Sequence record: ON229909.1
DNA length: 64,000 nucleotides
From: Escherichia phage vB_EcoM_CE1
Direction: 5' to 3' (one strand)
Shown piece after piece: positions 57,708 through 64,000 of the stretch; position 1 is the first letter of the stretch, and each line of letters begins with the position of its first letter. The notes beneath the pieces are model-generated. The model saw only the letters and a program-made list of their open reading frames with translations, had not been told where the DNA came from and searched no databases. The translations under genes were made by a program, and so were the position numbers.

Positions 57708-58034
57708 ATGACTATTCAAATTAAAAACGCCATCAATTCTTACGCATATGATAAAGTAGTTTCTTTGCTAGAAAAAGGCGATATTGTAACTCCTCAAATT
57801 TTGGATAAATGGGAAAAAGAGCTTCATCAGACGATGAAACAGAATGATCAGAAAATTGGACGCAATACTGTCCGTGAATTGTTGGTTCAATATATCTTGT
57901 CAGAATTTGATGTTAAAGCTTTTGGTGTAGAATCTAAAGCTTATCAAAAGCATGAAATTTCTGATAAAACTATTCGTCGTATGAAAAATCAACGCAAGAA
58001 AAAATTTGCTGACCTGAAAATTACTAAGGCATAA
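57708..58034 (+). CDS. hypothetical protein
   Basis: 108 aa ORF. Confidence 0.5.
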   Translation: MTIQIKNAINSYAYDKVVSLLEKGDIVTPQILDKWEKELHQTMKQNDQKIGRNTVRELLVQYILSEFDVKAFGVESKAYQKHEISDKTIRRMKNQRKKKFADLKITKA

Positions 58035-58036
58035 TT

Positions 58037-58252
58037 ATGAACGAAGCTCTTATTAACGATTTACGTCTTGCCGGATATGAAGTAAATACAAACGGCATTG
58101 GTTTAACTCAAATTGAAGGAAACGGATTCATCCTTGAGTATGAATTTAGCCAATGGTGGTTATATGCCAATTACGGTAAACTGATTGAATATGTCGATCA
58201 ATTTGATTCACTAGATGCAGCTCTTGAAGCGGCTAAGTTGATGAATGTATGA
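58037..58252 (+). CDS. hypothetical protein
   Basis: 71 aa ORF. Confidence 0.45.
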   Translation: MNEALINDLRLAGYEVNTNGIGLTQIEGNGFILEYEFSQWWLYANYGKLIEYVDQFDSLDAALEAAKLMNV

Positions 58253-58518
58253 AATTTATTAATATTTCTATTACTATTGAAAATTATGGAATTTTCTATG
58301 TTGACCAATATATGAAAATTTCATTTTTCCCAAATAAGACTGGTGTTGGATATTGGGAAAGCCATGTTTCTGAATTAAATGAAAGTGAATATGTTAGCAC
58401 ACATGAAAAGTTTTTAGACTTTTTATATCGTGCTGATATTAATGATCATTACATAGATATTCATGAATTTAAAAAGATGATGGAGAAAGTGTTCCAAGCA
58501 TACTGTTTACTTAGATAA
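58249..58518 (+). CDS. hypothetical protein
   Basis: 89 aa ORF. Confidence 0.45.
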   Translation: MKFINISITIENYGIFYVDQYMKISFFPNKTGVGYWESHVSELNESEYVSTHEKFLDFLYRADINDHYIDIHEFKKMMEKVFQAYCLLR

Positions 58519-58596
58519 CTGATATCCTCTATGCTTTAAGATAGATCTTAAAATATTATGATATAATAGATCTATGAATTGAGCTAAGAGGTGAAA

Positions 58597-59154
58597 ATGT
58601 CAGAAACTAAGCCTAAATATAATTACGTAAACAATAAAGAGCTTTTACAAGCTATTATTGATTGGAAAACAGAATTAGCAAATAATAAAGACCCAAATAA
58701 AGTAGTTCGTCAGAATGATACTATCGGATTAGCCATTATGCTTATTGCAGAAGGCTTATCTAAACGTTTCAACTTTTCAGGATACACCCAATCTTGGAAA
58801 CAAGAAATGATTGCAGATGGTATAGAAGCTTCTATTAAGGGGCTTCATAATTTTGATGAAACGAAATATAAAAACCCACATGCATATATAACTCAAGCTT
58901 GTTTTAATGCATTCGTCCAACGTATTAAAAAAGAACGTAAGGAAGTTGCAAAGAAATATAGTTACTTCGTTCACAATGTCTATGACAGTCGTGACGACGA
59001 TATGGTTGCGTTAGTAGATGAAACTTTTATTCAAGACATCTACGATAAAATGACGCATTACGAAGAATCAACCTATAGAACACCGGGGGCTGAAAAGAAA
59101 AGTGTTGTAGACGATTCTCCTAGTTTGGATTTTTTATATGAGGCTAACGATTAA
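58597..59154 (+). CDS. 55: late transcription sigma factor
   Basis: ORF track 58591..59154; start at MSETKPKY gives 185 aa matching remembered T4 gp55. Confidence 0.9.
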
Positions 59155-59356
59155 CCTCTCCGGATTCTTGGAAGAAATACCTGAAGTTGAAGCTATTCCC
59201 TATTTACTTAAAATGTATCTCAGGGAAGTTTTAGCTCTTGACATTGATATTGATCCAGAAAATCCGTATGATACCGCTTTTAAATCTAATGGTGTAGAAT
59301 TAAACTATCGGTATCATTTAACAGATGATGATTTTTATTTTATATTAGAGAAATAA
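59138..59356 (+). CDS. hypothetical protein
   Basis: 72 aa ORF overlapping 3' end of gene 55; start uncertain. Confidence 0.4.
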
Positions 59357-59357
59357 T

Positions 59358-59675
59358 ATGACTGATAAACCCGAAATTAATGATGAAGTGGAAAAGCTTA
59401 TTTCTTCTATTGAAGAAAAGAACCGTCTTGAAGCAGAAAGAAAAGCAAATAAGTTATTGTCTAAAAACAAACGCGAACTGAATCGTCTTTATAAGCACGC
59501 TCAGATTGCAGCTGAAAACAATAATTTCGCTCAATACGAATATGCTATCAAGAAAAGTCGGGATATTCTAAAACAGCCATATAACGATGAACTCATCAGT
59601 ATTCTTTGGAAGACTACTAGATCGCAGATTGAGGATATGATTGATGCTTACACACGTAAAATTCAAGCGTCTTAA
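59358..59675 (+). CDS. hypothetical protein
   Basis: 105 aa ORF. Confidence 0.5.
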   Translation: MTDKPEINDEVEKLISSIEEKNRLEAERKANKLLSKNKRELNRLYKHAQIAAENNNFAQYEYAIKKSRDILKQPYNDELISILWKTTRSQIEDMIDAYTRKIQAS

Positions 59676-59847
59676 AATTAATGCAGGATTTACTGAATCT
59701 TTGAATGGTCATCTTTGCGTGAAAATTTCTGAAAAAGAATACCATGATAGTTCAATTAAAGAAGTTAATCCTCCTATTGTAAGAGCAGACCCTAATATGA
59801 AAGTGTGGGTTGATTCTTATCAAGTCAAAAAATGGTGGCAACTGTGA
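59641..59847 (+). CDS. hypothetical protein
   Basis: 68 aa ORF. Confidence 0.45.
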   Translation: MMLTHVKFKRLKINAGFTESLNGHLCVKISEKEYHDSSIKEVNPPIVRADPNMKVWVDSYQVKKWWQL

Positions 59848-59849
59848 AA

Positions 59850-60023
59850 GATGAACACCCAGACTTCTGAAATAGATTATAATAAAATTCGTTCCTCTAA
59901 GGTAGAAATGATGAGGCGCTTTAAAGAGTCTCATGATAAAGCTAAAGCAGAAGGAACTATAACATATAAGCGCATAAAATTTAGAAGCTCTAATGAGCCT
60001 CTGTATGGTGTATTATGCGGATA
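59850..60023 (+). CDS. hypothetical small protein
   Basis: 57 aa ORF found by hand, followed by hairpin. Confidence 0.4.
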
Positions 60024-60040
60024 GGAGCTTCGGCTCCTAT
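60021..60040 (+). terminator. hairpin ataggagc-UUCG-gctcctat
   Basis: UUCG-loop hairpin upstream of agt; weak T-run. Confidence 0.45.
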
Positions 60041-60090
60041 ATTGCTTTATAAATTTTTGGTAAAATAAACCAAAACAATGAGGATATTAA

Positions 60091-61293
60091 ATGAAAGTAT
60101 GCATTTTTATGGCTCGAGGTCTTGAAGGTTGCGGTGTAACTAAATTTTCTCTTGAGCAACGTGATTGGTTTATTAAAAATGGTCATGAAGTAACTTTGGT
60201 TTATGCTAAAGATAAATCATTTACTCGTAATTGCGCGCATGATTATAAGTCATTTTCAATTCCGGTTTTATTGGCAAAAGAATACGATAAAACACTTAAG
60301 TTGGTAAATGATTGTGATATTCTAATTATCAATTCAGTTCCTGCTACTTCAGTAGAAGAAGACACTATTAATAACTATAAAAAAATTATTGATAACATTA
60401 AACCTTCGGTTCGTGTTGTAGTTTATCAGCATGACCATTCTTCTCTTTCTTTACGCCGAAATTTGGGATTAGAAGAAACTGTTCGTCGAGCTGATGTTAT
60501 TTTTAGCCATTCTGATAATGGTGACTTTAATAAAGTTTTGATGAAAGAATGGTATCCGGAAACTGTTTCTCTGTTTGATGATATTGAAGAAGCACCGACC
60601 GTATATAACTTTCAGCCTCCTATGGATATTGCGAAGGTTCGATCAACCTACTGGAAAGATGTTTCTGAAATTAACATGAATATCAACCGTTGGATTGGTC
60701 GTACTACTACATGGAAAGGCTTTTATCAGATGTTTGATTTTCACGAAAAACATCTTAAACCTGCAGGACTAAGTACTATTATGGAAGGTCTGGAACGTTC
60801 TCCAGCTTTCATTCCTATTAAAGAAAAAGGAATTCCATACGAGTATTATCGTCTTCATCAAGTAGACCAAATTAAAATTGCTCCTAATTTGCCGACGCAA
60901 ATTCTCGACCGTTATGTAAATAGCGAAATGCTTGAACGCATGAGTAAATCCGGATTTGGTTATCAGCTGAGTAAATTAGATAAAAAATATCTACAGCGTT
61001 CTTTAGAATATACTCATCTCGAGCTTGGTGCATGTGGAACAATTCCAGTATTTTGGAAATCTACTGGCGAAAATTTAAAATTCCGTGTTGATAATACTCC
61101 ATTAATTTCGCACGATAGCGGTATCGTTTGGTTTGATGAAAATGACATGGAATCAACATTTGAACGTATTAAAGAACTGTCATCTGACCGAGCTCTTTAT
61201 GACCGTGAACGCGAAAAAGCTTATGAATTTTTGTATCAGCACCAAGATTCAAGCTTCTGCTTTAAAGAGCAGTTTGACATTATTACAAAATAA
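60091..61293 (+). CDS. agt: DNA alpha-glucosyltransferase
   Basis: 400 aa, matches remembered T4 alpha-gt. Confidence 0.9.
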   Translation: MKVCIFMARGLEGCGVTKFSLEQRDWFIKNGHEVTLVYAKDKSFTRNCAHDYKSFSIPVLLAKEYDKTLKLVNDCDILIINSVPATSVEEDTINNYKKIIDNIKPSVRVVVYQHDHSSLSLRRNLGLEETVRRADVIFSHSDNGDFNKVLMKEWYPETVSLFDDIEEAPTVYNFQPPMDIAKVRSTYWKDVSEINMNINRWIGRTTTWKGFYQMFDFHEKHLKPAGLSTIMEGLERSPAFIPIKEKGIPYEYYRLHQVDQIKIAPNLPTQILDRYVNSEMLERMSKSGFGYQLSKLDKKYLQRSLEYTHLELGACGTIPVFWKSTGENLKFRVDNTPLISHDSGIVWFDENDMESTFERIKELSSDRALYDREREKAYEFLYQHQDSSFCFKEQFDIITK

Positions 61294-61309
61294 AGGGCTT
61301 CGGCCCTTT
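61292..61309 (+). terminator. hairpin aaagggc-UUCG-gcccttt
   Basis: Overlaps agt stop codon. Confidence 0.5.
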
Positions 61310-61332
61310 AGCTTTATACGGAGTTTGATATA

Positions 61333-61473
61333 ATGATATTTCTTGGATATGTGATACTTTTTCTCGCGTTTTATTTGTTCACCAGAGCGTGTTGGATTGG
61401 GTTCTTTAGCACACCAGATGGGTTTATTTCAATAATTTTATTTTGCATTTCAATGACGGTTCTTGATATATGA
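61333..61473 (+). CDS. hypothetical 46-aa hydrophobic peptide
   Basis: Hand-found ORF MIFLGYVILFLAFYLF..., ATGA overlap with gene 47. Confidence 0.35.
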   Translation: MIFLGYVILFLAFYLFTRACWIGFFSTPDGFISIILFCISMTVLDI

Positions 61474-62489
61474 AAATTTTAAATTTAGGTGATTGGCATT
61501 TAGGCGTTAAAGCTGATGATGAATGGATTCGCGGTATTCAAATTGATGGAATTAAACAAGCAATAGAATATTCTAAGAAAAATGGAATTACTACCTGGAT
61601 TCAATACGGTGATATTTTTGATGTACGAAAAGCGATCACGCATAAAACTATGGAGTTTGCCCGTGAAATAGTTCAAATGCTTGATGACGCTGGAATCACA
61701 TTACATACTATTGTAGGAAATCACGATCTCCACTATAAAAATGTAATGCATCCAAATGCTTCTACTGAGCTTTTGGCTAAATATCCTAATGTTAAAGTAT
61801 ATGATAAGCCTACTACAGTAGATTTTGACGGATGTTTGATTGATTTAATTCCTTGGATGTGCGAAGAAAATACCGGTGAAATTCTTGAACACATCAAAAC
61901 TTCATCTGCTTCTTTTTGTGTTGGTCACTGGGAACTGAATGGATTTTATTTTTATAAAGGAATGAAATCTCACGGTCTTGAACCTGATTTCCTTAAGACT
62001 TATAAAGAGGTGTGGTCTGGTCACTTCCATACTATCTCTGAGGCTGCTAACGTCAGATATATTGGGACACCATGGACACTAACTGCAGGTGACGAGAATG
62101 ACCCTCGTGGGTTCTGGATGTTTGATACAGAAACAGAACGAATGGAATTTATTCCAAACAATACTACCTGGCATCGTAGAATTCATTATCCATTTAAAGG
62201 AAAAATTGACTATAAAGATTTTACAAATCTATCAGTACGTGTTATAGTAACTGAAGTAGACAAAAATCTAACGAAGTTCGAATCTGAACTAGAAAAAGTT
62301 GTGCATTCATTACGAGTTGTGTCAAAGATTGATAACTCTGTCGAGTCAGATGATAGCGAAGAAGTAGAAGTTCAATCTCTTCAGACGTTGATGGAAGAAT
62401 ACATTAATGCAATTCCAGACATCACTGATTCTGACCGCGAAGCACTTATTCAATATGCAAATCAGTTATATGTAGAGGCAACACAATGA
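61470..62489 (+). CDS. 47: recombination endonuclease subunit (Mre11-like)
   Basis: 339 aa, phosphoesterase motifs, matches remembered T4 gp47. Confidence 0.9.
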   Translation: MKILNLGDWHLGVKADDEWIRGIQIDGIKQAIEYSKKNGITTWIQYGDIFDVRKAITHKTMEFAREIVQMLDDAGITLHTIVGNHDLHYKNVMHPNASTELLAKYPNVKVYDKPTTVDFDGCLIDLIPWMCEENTGEILEHIKTSSASFCVGHWELNGFYFYKGMKSHGLEPDFLKTYKEVWSGHFHTISEAANVRYIGTPWTLTAGDENDPRGFWMFDTETERMEFIPNNTTWHRRIHYPFKGKIDYKDFTNLSVRVIVTEVDKNLTKFESELEKVVHSLRVVSKIDNSVESDDSEEVEVQSLQTLMEEYINAIPDITDSDREALIQYANQLYVEATQ

Positions 62490-62749
62490 CTTTTGATGAA
62501 TTTAAAAATGTTATGATGAGTCAGCATTTTGAATGCGAAGTAAAAGATGATATTGGGCATAAAGAAATTATTGAATATTGGTTTGAACCGCTAGAGGTTG
62601 AAGATAATTGTATTAAAAAGGTTACGGTATGCACTGACTGGGCTGTATCTTTTAACTTCAACATTTTAGATAATGACACACCTAAATCATTACGAGATAT
62701 GGCTGTATCTTGTATTAAGGATGCATACTGTGAAGTTTTCGGCATTTGA
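62486..62749 (+). CDS. hypothetical protein (46.x-like)
   Basis: 87 aa ORF. Confidence 0.5.
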   Translation: MTFDEFKNVMMSQHFECEVKDDIGHKEIIEYWFEPLEVEDNCIKKVTVCTDWAVSFNFNILDNDTPKSLRDMAVSCIKDAYCEVFGI

Positions 62750-62936
62750 CATTAACGATGAATTCATAGCAAATATTGATTACACCGAAGAAGATTCTAG
62801 ATATGTTGGAATAATTTATATCACATCAAAAGCAGCACAAGGTGTTGTTTGCATGGCTGAATTTGATGAATACTTTTTAGATTATGATGATATGATAGAA
62901 TGGTCTAAAAGATACATTAAAAGGAATCTTTTGTGA
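62721..62936 (+). CDS. hypothetical protein (46.x-like)
   Basis: ORF track 62673..62936; start uncertain. Confidence 0.4.
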   Translation: MHTVKFSAFDINDEFIANIDYTEEDSRYVGIIYITSKAAQGVVCMAEFDEYFLDYDDMIEWSKRYIKRNLL

Positions 62937-64000
62937 AGAATTTTAAACTTAATAGAGTAAAATATAAAAATATAATGTCAGTTGGTCAAAATGGGATTGA
63001 CATTCAACTAGATAAGGTTCAAAAAACTCTTATTACTGGACGAAATGGCGGTGGTAAGTCTACTATGTTAGAAGCCATCACATTTGGGCTTTTTGGCAAG
63101 CCATTTCGTGATGTAAAGAAAGGCCAATTAATAAACAGCACAAATAAGAAAGAACTTTTAGTTGAACTGTGGATGGAATATGATGAGAAAAAGTACTATA
63201 TCAAAAGAGGACAAAAACCAAATGTTTTCGAAATCACCGTTAACGGTACACGTCTTAATGAATCTGCCAGCAGTAAAGATTTCCAAGCAGAATTTGAACA
63301 GCTTATCGGAATGTCATACGCCAGTTTCAAACAGATCGTCGTACTCGGCACGGCTGGATATACCCCTTTTATGGGCCTATCCACTCCTGCAAGAAGAAAA
63401 CTCGTCGAAGACCTGCTCGAAGTAGGAACATTAGCTGAAATGGATAAGCTTAATAAAGCACTAATACGTGAATTAAATTCACAAAACCAAGTGCTTGATG
63501 TTAAAAAAGATAGTATTATCCAACAAATTAAAATATATAACGATAATGTTGAACGCCAGAAAAAATTGTCTGGTGAAAACCTTACTCGTCTGCAAAATAT
63601 GTATGATGATTTGGCAAAAGAAGCTAGAACACTAAAATCGGAAATAGAAGAAGCTAACGAAAGATTAGTTAATATTGTTTTAGATGAAGACCCGACTGAT
63701 GCATTTAATAAAATTGGTCAAGAAGCATTTTTAATTAAATCAAAAATTGATTCGTATAATAAAGTCATTAATATGTATCACGAAGGTGGATTATGTCCAA
63801 CCTGTTTGTCACAATTAAGTTCCGGTGATAAAGTTGTTTCTAAAATTAAAGATAAAGTTTCTGAATGTACGCATTCATTTGAACAGCTTTCAACGCATCG
63901 TGATAATTTAAAAGTTCTTGTTGATGAATACCGAGATAATATTAAAACCCAGCAGACGTTGGCAAATGATATTCGCAATAAAAAGCAATCTCTAATCACG
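62933..64000 (+). CDS. 46: recombination endonuclease subunit (Rad50-like), partial; continues beyond window end
   Basis: GTG start at 62933; Walker A GRNGGGKST; open to window end, hence absent from ORF track. Confidence 0.85.
   Translation, partial: MKNFKLNRVKYKNIMSVGQNGIDIQLDKVQKTLITGRNGGGKSTMLEAITFGLFGKPFRDVKKGQLINSTNKKELLVELWMEYDEKKYYIKRGQKPNVFEITVNGTRLNESASSKDFQAEFEQLIGMSYASFKQIVVLGTAGYTPFMGLSTPARRKLVEDLLEVGTLAEMDKLNKALIRELNSQNQVLDVKKDSIIQQIKIYNDNVERQKKLSGENLTRLQNMYDDLAKEARTLKSEIEEANERLVNIVLDEDPTDAFNKIGQEAFLIKSKIDSYNKVINMYHEGGLCPTCLSQLSSGDKVVSKIKDKVSECTHSFEQLSTHRDNLKVLVDEYRDNIKTQQTLANDIRNKKQSLIT

Noticed and set aside
63162-63425. ORF 63162..63425 (+) and 63196..63384 (-) inside gene 46
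   Set aside because: They overlap the clearly coding gene 46 frame and exist only because a local GC-rich patch lacks stop codons; the patch itself is reported as a finding.

Overview
This 64 kb window reads as a T4-like (T-even, Tequatrovirus-type) myovirus genome segment, in reverse orientation to the conventional T4 map. Positions 1-20929 (minus strand) carry the late structural block: a terminase large-subunit (gene 17) fragment, 16, 15, 14, 13, wac, 12, 11, 10, 9, 8, 7, 6, 5.4, 5 and 53. Positions 20977-64000 (plus strand) carry 4, 2, 3, 1, 57A, 57B, ipI, an eight-tRNA cluster with segB, an e.x-like block, nudE, e, regB, vs, tk, rI, a long block of small early ORFs, nrdC, 49, intron-containing nrdD with I-TevII, nrdG, nrdH, 55, agt, 47 and the start of 46. 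Gene identities are recognised from the supplied translations and from remembered T4 protein sequences; no database search was run, so names and all 'differs from T4' statements are from memory. The most interesting observation is that gene 17 appears fractured: the ATPase fragment ends just after Walker B in a 41-aa intein-N-like tail, overlapped by a separate nuclease-like ORF that runs off the window edge, which fits a split intein plus free-standing homing endonuclease. Other points worth a second look are three further free-standing homing-endonuclease-type genes (two GIY-YIG, one HNH), a small terminase-ATPase-like P-loop protein where I expected denV, a late-promoter-driven internal-protein-like gene bracketed by duplicated terminators, a macrodomain protein, a nucleotidyltransferase/AAA+ ATPase pair, and a GC-rich synonymous-looking patch inside gene 46. 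Coordinates of CDS follow the supplied ORF track (starts adjusted where an internal ATG with better context is evident); RNA, promoter and terminator coordinates were counted by hand and may be off by 1-2 nt.
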